Position numbers and translations under genes: made by a program | Part shown: in pieces, positions 37,083 through 46,600 of the stretch | How positions within the stretch are numbered: the stretch's first letter is position 1 | How the letters are laid out: each line of letters opens with the position of its first letter | The notes under the pieces: generated by a model | Told to the model about the DNA's origin: nothing | The model's input: the letters and a program-made list of their open reading frames with translations, nothing else | Databases searched by the model: none | From: Candidatus Multivoradales bacterium | Lineage (GTDB): Bacteria > Acidobacteriota > Thermoanaerobaculia > Multivoradales > Multivoraceae | DNA: 64,000 nt | Reading direction: 5' to 3' | Assembly: GCA_965223325.1 (NCBI GenBank) | Contig: CBDCWI010000002.1 | Coordinates: 4,448,001 to 4,512,000, forward strand

Positions 37083-38324
37083 ATGAGTAGATGGTCAGAG
37101 AGATTCGAGGAGCATGATCTGCATTCTCGATTGGACGATCTTTCAAGTCGGATCGGAACGCTGTTGGAGAGCGACGACGCCGAAACCGAAGACATTGTGG
37201 AACTTCAACGTCTGGAACAGTGTGCTGACTATCTCAGGAGGCTAGTGCGATCTGTTGACCCAGTGTTGGTTCCGTTGAGCGCTCTCAACAACTTTCAAAG
37301 CCACGTCAATCAAGCCGTTGGCCAGGTCAGCACGTTCGTGCAGAACCGAGAAATCGCACAACTGGTCGCGGCCAACAATTCCATGGATGCAGCGCTAATG
37401 CTTGCCTCCAACGTCCCTACGCTCCTAGCGGACGTCGATGTCGAGGCTACATCCGAAGCTTTGTCGAGCCTGCGCCGATTAATCGGCCAACACGCTCGCT
37501 ACATGACCGAAGAGAAGGGAACCCTAGATCAGGCTTTTGAGAGTTCGCGGTCACGCGTAGCTGAACTCACAGCGGCACTTGAAGCCGAAAAGACTCGAAT
37601 AGATGGGTTAGCCGCAGGTCTTCAAGCTCAGTTCTCTGAGGCGCAGGAGCGACGAAGCGTTTCCTTCGAAGAGGCCCAATCGGAAAGAGCTGAAGAGTCC
37701 GCTACCGCTCTGCAGGAGTCAACCGAAGCTTTTGACGGTGAACTCGAGAACGCCGCCGGAAAGCTAGAAGCCAAGATGAAGAGCCTTACCGCGGCCGGAA
37801 ACGAGGCCTTGGAGGTTCTAGACGGCCACAAGACCAAAGCGCAAGAGCTGGTCTATGTGATTTCTAACACCGGAATGGTTGGTGGCTATCAGACCACCGC
37901 AAACTCTCATCGAAATGGCGCGAGGCTTTGGAGCTTCGCCGCTGCCGCCGGTTTCGCAGGTCTCGTAGGTTTCGCGATATACGCGACGAACGCTTTGGCT
38001 GGCGAAGATCTTGGCTGGGCCATGGCTGGCGGACGGGCCTTCGTCGCGTTGTCATTCGGTGTCTTTGGTGCCTACGCAGCGAAGCAAGCGGATCGGCATG
38101 TAACCTCTGAGAAGTTCCACCGCAGCCAAGAGCTGTCGCTAGCCTCTATCGATCCCTACCTTTCGTCGCTTTCGCCAGAAGAACAGAACGAAATCAAGAA
38201 GGAACTAGCACGCCGAATGTTTGCGCCACGAGAAGAGCATTCCCACCAGAAGCGAACGAAGGGCACAAGCTCAGATAGCGTTAGCCTTGCCTTAGAAATC
38301 ATTTCAGACCTTTTGAAGAAGTGA
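37083..38324 (+). CDS. Integron cassette gene, coiled-coil protein with two C-terminal TM helices
   Basis: 413 aa; cassette bounded by GTTAGGCCTCC and GGAGGCCTAAC. Confidence 0.8.
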   Translation: MSRWSERFEEHDLHSRLDDLSSRIGTLLESDDAETEDIVELQRLEQCADYLRRLVRSVDPVLVPLSALNNFQSHVNQAVGQVSTFVQNREIAQLVAANNSMDAALMLASNVPTLLADVDVEATSEALSSLRRLIGQHARYMTEEKGTLDQAFESSRSRVAELTAALEAEKTRIDGLAAGLQAQFSEAQERRSVSFEEAQSERAEESATALQESTEAFDGELENAAGKLEAKMKSLTAAGNEALEVLDGHKTKAQELVYVISNTGMVGGYQTTANSHRNGARLWSFAAAAGFAGLVGFAIYATNALAGEDLGWAMAGGRAFVALSFGVFGAYAAKQADRHVTSEKFHRSQELSLASIDPYLSSLSPEEQNEIKKELARRMFAPREEHSHQKRTKGTSSDSVSLALEIISDLLKK

Positions 38325-38343
38325 TCGGTTTCGGTATCGGGAG

Positions 38344-38419
38344 GCCTAACAGATCGGCTGCACGCGGCCGTCAACCTGTGCTCGCTTCGCTCGCGGCGGT
38401 TGCCGCCGGTGAGCCGATG
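38344..38419 (+). other. attC site truncated just before R' by element B4
   Basis: GCCTAAC-5 nt-GGCTGCAC...GTGAGCC, then the B left end. Confidence 0.8.
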
Positions 38420-39819
38420 GATCGCGCGGCGATGCCGCGCACAGTCGGGGGTAAGTTTTGAGTCGAAGTCGTGGCGCAGGACCGGGACTCGCCACCGGCC
38501 CAACGTGTAGCCCGATTCACAAGATGACAGTTGGTCGATGGCGAGGGTCATCCGCTAGGATTCGGCTCCCTGCAAGGCATCGATGGTTCCGTGCGATGAG
38601 TCATGGCCCATCAACTGAGGTATGTCCCCACCGACGGAAGCGGTTGGGGAGTCGTCGAAGTGACGGTGCGCATCGTCAACGGGTTCTTCCTGTTGGCGCC
38701 ATCGTCACACCTACGCGAACTGCTGATCGGGATCATCGGTCGCGCGCAGCGAAAGACCGAAATCCGGATCTACGCCCTGGACTACCAGGTCAATCATGCT
38801 CACCTTCTGCTGGGCGCTCGCGACGCCCAGCAGCTGGCCGATTTCATGCGGCGCATTCAGCACCAGACGAGTGTGGAACTGCGGATCCTGCGCGGGTGGA
38901 AGGGTCCGAAATGGGAAGGGCCGTACAAGACGTCGTTTCCCGGTCACGCGAAGAAGGACCTCTGCCGTCGTTTCCGCTACATCCTTGCCCAGGGCTGCAA
39001 GGCGGGGTTGGTGTCTTCACCGCGCAAGTGGCCAGGCGTGTCGGTGGGGGAGGCGTTGTGGTCAGGGACCTTCGAGCTCGAGGGCACCTGGGTCGATCGT
39101 TCAGCGCTGCGTCGTGCCCGTTTCTCGAAGGCCGGTCGTCGTTTGAGCGAAAAGGACTTCTCGAGCCGCGAGACGGTCGTGTTATCGAAGCTTCCGTGCC
39201 TCGAGGACCTCCCTGACGAGGAGTACTTCGACTGGGCCCGCGGGATGATTGTAGAGATCGAGGACGAGACCCGGGTGCGCCACAAACGGGAGGGAACGAG
39301 GCCTCGCGGCGCCTACAAGACAACGCAGGTGAGTCCGATGCGCCGTCCGAGGAAGCTCGATTGGGGGCCGAGGCCTCGGGTCATCGCGTCGGACTCGTTC
39401 GAGCGCAATCGGCTGCTTTCGGTTTTCGATGCAGTGAGGCGAGCGCATCGCGCGGTGCGCGATCTTCTGTGGAGTGGTGACCTGGAGGCGAAGTTCCCGC
39501 CTGGCACTTTTCCAAGCCCGCTGCCGTTTGTGGCCCTGGAAGTGGCTGGGCCGGGTGCACGCGACGGTCCCTGAGTCCAGGCCGCCGACGAAGAGGTTGA
39601 CGAGGTTGAGGGCGACGCGCCTACTGGGCGATGGCGGAGCTGCGTCTGCCGGACGGCGTACCGAGGTTCAGGACTGGCGAAAGCGAGGTTTCTGGCCCCG
39701 CGACCACCGATCGACGTCGGAGAGGGGGGCGATGGACTTTGCGCAGACTCGGCGCATTGCCCAAAACGGTGTTGCCGTGAAAACTTACCCCCGACCGTGC
39801 GCGGCATCGCCGCGCGATC
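38420..39819 (+). mobile_element. Family-B HUH element copy B4 (1400 bp)
   Basis: Canonical ends; divergent 3' UTR. Confidence 0.9.
38603..39574 (+). CDS. RAYT-like Y1 HUH transposase, family B
   Basis: Intact 323 aa. Confidence 0.8.
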   Translation: MAHQLRYVPTDGSGWGVVEVTVRIVNGFFLLAPSSHLRELLIGIIGRAQRKTEIRIYALDYQVNHAHLLLGARDAQQLADFMRRIQHQTSVELRILRGWKGPKWEGPYKTSFPGHAKKDLCRRFRYILAQGCKAGLVSSPRKWPGVSVGEALWSGTFELEGTWVDRSALRRARFSKAGRRLSEKDFSSRETVVLSKLPCLEDLPDEEYFDWARGMIVEIEDETRVRHKREGTRPRGAYKTTQVSPMRRPRKLDWGPRPRVIASDSFERNRLLSVFDAVRRAHRAVRDLLWSGDLEAKFPPGTFPSPLPFVALEVAGPGARDGP

Positions 39820-39900
39820 TATCGGTTGGCAGGTCCGCGCCGGAATCGCGACGTACTGGGCACGAACGGCTCTACCCGCTGCCTGGGCGGCGCCTGCGCA

Positions 39901-39984
39901 GTACAACGGACGAGAATCACGCGCTCGTGCCCGTGCGAGCGAAGCGAGCCACGGGTACGAGTCGCGTGGATTCGGTTGTTATGA
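39901..39984 (+). other. attC site (complete, 84 bp)
   Basis: GTACAAC...aatcacgcgctcgtgcccgtg / cacgggtacgagtcgcgtggatt...GTTATGA. Confidence 0.8.
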
Positions 39985-41052
39985 GGCGGGGCGTTTCGTA
40001 GCATTGGAGCATGGCGACCACCCTTATTGTAGGCGCGGGCGGTTCCCTTGCCCAAGGCTACAGCTACCGGCCGAAGCAGACGCGAGAGCACCCGCCGCTA
40101 GACGGCAATTTCTTCGAGCGCGCCCGCTCGCTCTCTAGGCACGCGGGCGTCCAGCGCCACCTAAGGCGGCTGAGCAAGGCGGTCAGCCAACACGGCGGAC
40201 TTCCAGATCCAGTTCAAGGCGATCCCTTGCTTGAGCAGTTCTTTGCAGACGTCTACTACGAAGTCGCCTCCATGCGCTCGTCTAGAGCGTTCCCGGTTTT
40301 CGTTGAGCTCCTTCACCTCTACGTTGTAACGATCGCCGCGACAACGAACTGGATCGGACTCAATCGTCGGATCGGAGTGATTGGGCGGCTCATGCGCCTT
40401 TTGAAGGCCCAGGATCCGGACCTGACAGTCGTCACGTTCAATCACGACCTGGTGCTTGAGAATGCAGCGCTTCGGATGCCCGGTGGACGGGACGGTTGGT
40501 GCCTGCAAAGCCTCTACGGAGAACCAGACGTCCGGACTCTAAACACGGAGGGCGAAGAGAAGTTTCGCTATCACCGTGACGACTGCCTACACGAGCCACC
40601 CTTCCGGCTTCTGAAGCTCCACGGATCACTGAACTGGGGGGTCCGAAGCCTGAAGAAGGACCCGGCAATGGGAACGCTTTTCCCTACGAAGCAACGCCAG
40701 ATCTTCATGCACGATACCCGCTACGCTTTCTCTGCGGGAAAGATGAGTGGGGGGTCAGGCGGAGGGCGAAAGAGCTGGTACTTCTGGCCACTGATCGTAC
40801 CGCCGATCTACGACAAGTCGCGCGTCACAGGAATGGCTGTGCTGAACGGGCTGTGGGGGCAGGCCAGCGAAGCGATTCGGTCATCCGAACGCCTCGTCCT
40901 GTTTGGTTACTCACTCCCTGATGCAGACGTCCTTGCAGCTCAGATGCTCAGGCACGCTTTCCGTGCCAATCAGAACCTTGAGAGGGTTGATTGCATCAAC
41001 CCTGACGCTGCGATTGCGAATAAGCTCAAGTCGCGACTCGACTGTTTCGTAG

Positions 41053-42353
41053 GGCTCTTCAGGAATCGTGGTGGGCAAGTGCATGGGGCCTTAGGTCGAG
41101 CCCGCCGAGGTGGAAGTAGATATCGATGCGGAATCGGTCGCGGTTTCTGTAGCCTCGTGCTGATCGCTTGAGCCACTGGATCTTGGTGTTGAAGCCCTCG
41201 ACCTTGGCGTTGGTGACGCCGAGCGCGATGGCGTTCAGGACCCCTTCGAGGTGACGCTGGATCATGCGTGCGACTCGCTTCATCGGGGCTAGGCGTGAAC
41301 GAATCGCCCACGAGTACCACCGGTCGAAGAAGCGGCGCGCAGACTCGCGATCGGCAAGGTCCCAGATCTCCATCAGCATTTCCTTGAGGCGCCAGGCTCG
41401 AGCTGTCCGAAGCGAGCGACGAAGCAAGGAGTCGAAGTCGAGCAGGCGCGACTCCGAGGTTCGCTCGGCCAGCTTTTCGGGGTGGTACAGCCAGAGGTAC
41501 TTCGTCCCCTTGAGACTCTCGTCGCCCGACTCGAGCAGCTGCCGGTTCTCCTCGCGACGGACCTTGTCCACGGCCTGGCCGAGGTGCATCGCCACATGAA
41601 ACTTGTCGAAGGCGATCTTCGATGCGCCGCCAGGCACACGCTCCAACGTCGTCTGGATGAAGGGCCGCCACATGTCCATCGTGATGCTGCGAACCTGTTG
41701 CAGCTCAGCCACTTCGAAGCACTCGAAGTACGAAGACAGGGACTCCTTCCCACGGCCGTCGCTCACCCAGTGGATCACGTTCGCCTGCGTGTCTGCGACC
41801 ACCGTCACGTACTCGTGACGCTTCTGGAAAGACGTCTCGTCGACACCGATGTCTTCGGGCACCGCGAGTTCCCTGCGGGCCAGACCACGGGCCACCGCTC
41901 GCTGCTTGATCCCGTCGACCTCGTCCCACGTCAAGCCAAGAAGTCTGGACACGGCCGACGTGTTCGCAGCCTGCAGCCAGTCGATCACCAGCGCTTCGAA
42001 CAGAGCCGTGAACCCCGAACCCGGATCGGACCAGGGCACCTGGATCGTCTTCACTCCGTGCTCCTTGCACCGCACTCGAGGAACCCGAGCGACGAGGATC
42101 GTCTGGAACTGGCAGGTGTCGAGGTGACGCCAACGCCGCTCGCGATGGTCGTGGACCGTCACCGACCCTTCGCAGGCGGGACAGCGAAGACCCTCACCAC
42201 CGTGATCAACATAAACCTCGACCTTCGTCGAGGCCTCCTCCAACACCACATCGCTCACACGCCAAGGACGAGTGAGGCCGAGAATCCGACCGTACAGTTC
42301 CGTGTCACGCATGGCCCGAAGGCTACGCCACCCACCTCAGATCCTGAAGAGCC
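41053..42353 (-). mobile_element. ISL3-family IS
   Basis: IRs GGCTCTTCAGGA / TCCTGAAGAGCC; 8-bp TSD TTTCGTAG at 41045-41052 and 42354-42361. Confidence 0.95.
41059..42312 (-). CDS. ISL3-family transposase
   Basis: CPAC zinc finger, RWRHLD, IGVDE, TMDMW, FDKFHV, TNAKVEGFN. Confidence 0.95.
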   Translation of the reverse strand: MRDTELYGRILGLTRPWRVSDVVLEEASTKVEVYVDHGGEGLRCPACEGSVTVHDHRERRWRHLDTCQFQTILVARVPRVRCKEHGVKTIQVPWSDPGSGFTALFEALVIDWLQAANTSAVSRLLGLTWDEVDGIKQRAVARGLARRELAVPEDIGVDETSFQKRHEYVTVVADTQANVIHWVSDGRGKESLSSYFECFEVAELQQVRSITMDMWRPFIQTTLERVPGGASKIAFDKFHVAMHLGQAVDKVRREENRQLLESGDESLKGTKYLWLYHPEKLAERTSESRLLDFDSLLRRSLRTARAWRLKEMLMEIWDLADRESARRFFDRWYSWAIRSRLAPMKRVARMIQRHLEGVLNAIALGVTNAKVEGFNTKIQWLKRSARGYRNRDRFRIDIYFHLGGLDLRPHALAHHDS

Positions 42354-42408
42354 TTTCGTAGTTTCCCTTTATCACGACGTCGAGAGTTTTCTCCGTCACC
42401 ACGAAGCC

Positions 42409-42474
42409 TCATAACAGTGTTATTCAATGGAACAAACACAGCGAACACCGCTGCTCTCGTCCACATAATTGTAC
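42409..42474 (-). other. Second attI-like site, inverted
   Basis: Reverse complement gtacaattatgtggac...ttccattgaataacactGTTATGA aligns with 36289-36354. Confidence 0.5.
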
Positions 42475-42839
42475 CGCTGGCGCCCGGCGACGATCCCTCG
42501 GGAGCCCGGCGGCGTTGCCCTTCGGGTCTTGGGTCTGAGATTCCGGCGATTGGAAAGGCGGACCATCTCGTCGGCCTTTCCTGGAAGGAGGTCTGAAAGG
42601 CGGCGCGCTGGCGCGGTGTAGTTCGCGCGCGCCCCAGCGCGGGCCGCGGAATCCTGGGCGTTTGTTGATTGGGTGGCTGGGTAAACGTGGAGCATGAGTT
42701 CCACATAACCCAACCCGGCTCGCGAAGGGGATCGGGCTCCGGCTTCCCTGGGAGGGCCGCCGCGACTGAGGGCTTGCGGCCTCGTAGGGCCCGCTTCTCG
42801 TTGACAGGCACGCACGCGAACGCCCACGTGGCTCGGGCC

Positions 42840-43094
42840 CGCGCGGCGATGCCGCCCACAGTCGGGGGCAAGTTTTGAGCCGAAGTTGTGGCGCAGTGCG
42901 ACGCCTCGCGACCCTCGCCGGGCACGGAGTTCGGTTCGCTGGCTTTGGCCACCGGTGTTCGGAAAGGATGAAGATCTCGGCCGCCCGATCGCTGGCTCAG
43001 AGGAGGGCGATCCCGCGCGCGGAGGCTCGGACCCTCGTCCGGCACGGCGTTGCCGTCACCTACTTCCGGCCGTGGGCGGCAGCGCCGCGCGATG
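42840..43094 (+). mobile_element. Non-autonomous family-B derivative (MITE/REPIN-like, ~255 bp)
   Basis: B2-type left end and a degenerate right end with no transposase between. Confidence 0.75.
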
Positions 43095-43619
43095 TCAGTC
43101 AGGGAACACCTCCATCTCCACTCGCAGAGTCAATTGCTGACCCGAACTCAGCGAGGCTTCGTGGTCCTCTTTGGTCAGAATCAGCGGGCCGGAGAAGAAT
43201 CGCCTCTTCTTCTCCTCTGCTTCGCGCCGCGGTAGAGGCACGGTGCGGAGAACCTCGTCGCCGAGGAGGAGGCTGAACTTGAGTGTCACCTCACGATCGT
43301 ACCCAGGTCGAACGAAGAGATAACCCTTGATGCTGAATCTCACCAGTTTGCCGCGACTTATTCGATGGCGTTGAAGGGCGAGCGACCAGATGTACACGTC
43401 GTCGCAAACGAAGTTCCGGACGCCGTCTCCGAAAGAGAAGCTGTCGCCCGGTTCTAGCGATCGGAGGTCGTTCGCCGGGAGGTCCAACTCCATGGGAGAG
43501 CGAAACTCGTGGATCTCGACTCGCTCGGCGCGAGCGATGATCTCCTGAGCTTCTGTCGCGGTTGCTGCCCCCAAGAGGAGAAGCGTGGTCAAGAGGTTGA
43601 TTTGGCCGGGGCGGCGCAT
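43095..43619 (-). CDS. Exported hypothetical protein
   Basis: Signal peptide ending TEA; YDREVTLKFSLLLGDEVLRTV...AEEKK resembles HDKRVDMRVSLLDGDEVLATV...AEEEK of 6039-7016. Confidence 0.7.
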   Translation of the reverse strand: MRRPGQINLLTTLLLLGAATATEAQEIIARAERVEIHEFRSPMELDLPANDLRSLEPGDSFSFGDGVRNFVCDDVYIWSLALQRHRISRGKLVRFSIKGYLFVRPGYDREVTLKFSLLLGDEVLRTVPLPRREAEEKKRRFFSGPLILTKEDHEASLSSGQQLTLRVEMEVFPD

Positions 43620-43651
43620 GGGATCTCCATAGTTCGGGGCGGTGCTCGGGG

Positions 43652-46600
43652 TCAGGTGGCTACCTTCGCTCGGTTCGCAACTTGTGGATTGGTGGTTTCG
43701 CTTTCGATGGTGTCCTCCCACAGCTCGCGATATTCGGCTTCGCGGTCGCAGCGGAACCAGGGCGTCGGGTATGTCCGTTCGAGGTACGGCTCAAGGCCTG
43801 GGTCGCTGTAGCGGAGGGCGAGGAGTGAGCGTGCTTCCTCGCCGTCTTTCGTGATCTCGGTCGTGGTGGTCAGGTCGGCGATTGTGCATCGCTCGTCGAT
43901 GCCGAGAACTGCTGCGTCGCGCTTCTTGAGCCGTACCTTTTTCTGGAGGAGGCGCTTGGTCCCGGGGGCGTTGGCTTCGTAGGCTTGTTCGATATCGAAG
44001 CCGGTTTGCTCGGCCAGCAGTGCTGCTAGTTGAACGAGGTTGACGCAGTCGCGGCCGCTGGCGGTCCTCGCTGTTGGGATCTGGCGGCCGTGCTGGTCGT
44101 ACATCCGTTCACGTTCGTACTGCTGGAGGACTGGGAACTGGCTGCGGTAGATGGTAATCAACTCCTCAATCGACAAGCCAATCAACTTGGCACCGATCAC
44201 GTCAAGCCTTACAAGTGCGTTTCGCCTTTCGCGGTCACTCGTGTACGCAGCGCACTCGGCAGAGGGTGCTATATCGCCGAACGCTGTGTGATGGCAATGC
44301 AGTCGAAGAACTTCGTTGCGCAGTTCTTCTGCCAGGTCGGGGCAATCTCGCGGAACAGGTAGTCGCTCCAGAAGGCCCACGCCGCATTTGGGTTTACCGG
44401 TGGTCTTCACGAAGAAGTCGAAGCAGAGGGAGCTCGCGAGGCCGGAGAACAAGAGAAGGTCTGCCGTGCTTGCGAAGGCAACTGAAAGCACAGGGTCGAT
44501 GTGGGCGCACCCGGGCGGTGCTATCGCATTGATCAAGGTGCGCTCACCGGTTGGGCTGAGCATGTTGCGATTCACATGCCTGTAGTAATCCGTAACCAAC
44601 CGCCCCCTCCACTTCGGCGTCCTCTTCCGATACTCCTCCGCATCACACGCCGGCACGTAGTTGGTGCGCGGGAGGTAGTCGTCGGGGATGGCGGTGAGGT
44701 CGATGGCGGTGTAGTCGCCTTTGCTCTTGCAGCCTTCGTTGGGGGTCTTGTTGAAAGGAGTGCCGACGTGGAAGTGGGGGCCCTGGAGGATCCACTCGCC
44801 GGGATGTTTGGGCTGGCGGGTTTCTCTCTTGATGGTTCCGTCTTTCTGGGCGTTGGTCTCGTGCCACATCTCGGTGGCGAAGTACTGGTCCTCGAGGTCG
44901 CCGAGCTTGCGGGGCTGGGCGGCGAACTTCTCGAGGACGCGGAGGATCTCTTCGCTGTGGACGACGGGTAGGCGGGCTTCGAGGGCTGGCGTGCCGGGCT
45001 CGTCGTAGAGCTTGGCGAAGAGTTCGAGACGCTGCTCGTCGATGCAGAGGACGCGGCTTCGGTGGCCGCGCAGGTCCCAGGCGTTGTCTTCGTTCTTGAT
45101 GCCGGGCACGGGGCCGTGGCCGTCGTGGGTGAGGCTGGATTCGATGGTGGTCGGATGGAGGAGATTCGACACCTGGAGGAACGAGTCAGTCGTTCTATGC
45201 CGGTAGACGTTCAGGCTGAAGAATGTGTCCATCGCACCGACTTCGGGGAAGAGCCTCAGCTTGTTATCGAACTGGTAGTGCGCTGCAAGGCGCGGATACA
45301 GCGCTGTCCTCAGCTCCCCACCCTTGGGATCGTCATACACCCCTTCCTGATGGATAAACCCAGCGATCCCGCGCTCCGATCCCAGCTCCCACGTCCGGGT
45401 GATGAAGCACTTGTAGAGATTCGTCTGAATCTTCGGTAACAGCGGATAGTTCTGCCGCTCACACAGAAACGCCTGCGTGCCTTCCATCTCCACCATCTCA
45501 GCGACATAGTCACCCAGCTGCCCGTGGCGCCCGATCAACTCGCCACGTTGCTTGGCGATGTTCGACGACGAGGTCTTGCGTAGCGCCAGAGTGGGCTCGG
45601 CCTCCGACAGAAGCCCCGCCTCTTTCCACTGCAACTTGATCCACGGTGGGTTCCCCAGGACCAGATCAAACCCACCACCACCTGCAAACACCTCCGGAAA
45701 ACACAACTCCCAGTGGAGGAAGCGGCGCTCCGTTCCTCGCTGCGAATCCTTCCGGTTCTCACCCTCCTCGTCCTTCTTCGTATCCTTCCGAACGCCTCCT
45801 CCAAAAGCCGGTTCCGGATACGCAACCTTTCGAACAACCGCAAGGTCAGGATTCCCCGCCAACAGCTCCTCAACCGCAACCACCCCACACGCCTCAACAT
45901 AGTCCTCACCAAGCCGCGCGAAACGCTCAGAAATCCTGCGCAGCCGCCGAAGCCGAACCTGCGTGGACTCCCCAGCCCCGAGCATCTCCGCTGCCTCCTG
46001 GCCCACCGCCGGCAGCTTCTGTTCCATCTCGGCAATCACGTCAGCAAACAAGCCGATCTGCTCCGGCGGCCCAGGCGCCTCGGTCCGTCCTTCGAGAATG
46101 AGCTCCAGCCAACCCAACCAGACACTACGTTCAGGCAGTTGATGGCTCAGTTCAGGCGGCCAGAAAAAAAGAGAACACCAGATGTCCATCACCAGCTCGA
46201 GTCGCCGGTAGGGGCCGTTGTCGCGCACGACGGCACGCATGACCTCTTCCTGTTGGGACACCAGAAGCTCACCGTCGCGCGACATTCGAACCGGCACGAA
46301 CGACGACGGCTCGATCCCGCCATCGCCGGCAACACTCGAGCCGCGCTTCTCGCCCCACACCGGGATCCGGTCGGTGGTTTCTTCGATTGCGAACAGGCGC
46401 TCGGCGGTGACCTTCTCGAACAGCTTGTCGACGGCATCCGAAAGCCGGACAAGTCGCTCGATGTCATCTCGCGAGAAGGGCTCCTTTTGATTGGACCTCC
46501 AATTCCGCAGTCGCTCGGCGTCCTCGGAACAGAGTTCCTTGAGCACCTTGGATTCGCCATAGGCGGCCATACCGGCTGCGGGCACCAGGAAGTGGTAGAC

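Larger units (their letters stand above)
40011..42414 (+). pseudogene. SIR2-like (SIR2_2-type) cassette gene interrupted near its 3' end by ISL3
   Basis: LIVGAGGS, VTFNHDLVLE, LLKLHGSLNW, IVPP, FGYSLPDAD; removing the IS restores ...DCFVVSLYHDVESFLRHHEAS* with the stop inside TCATAAC. Confidence 0.8.

Noticed and set aside
42475-42839. Integron integrase next to the attI-like site
   Set aside because: No tyrosine recombinase motifs in the ORFs here or elsewhere in the window
396-43094. CRISPR array interpretation of recurring repeats with unique inserts
   Set aside because: Repeats are inverted transposon ends, inserts range from ~30 bp to over 5 kb, and no cas genes are present
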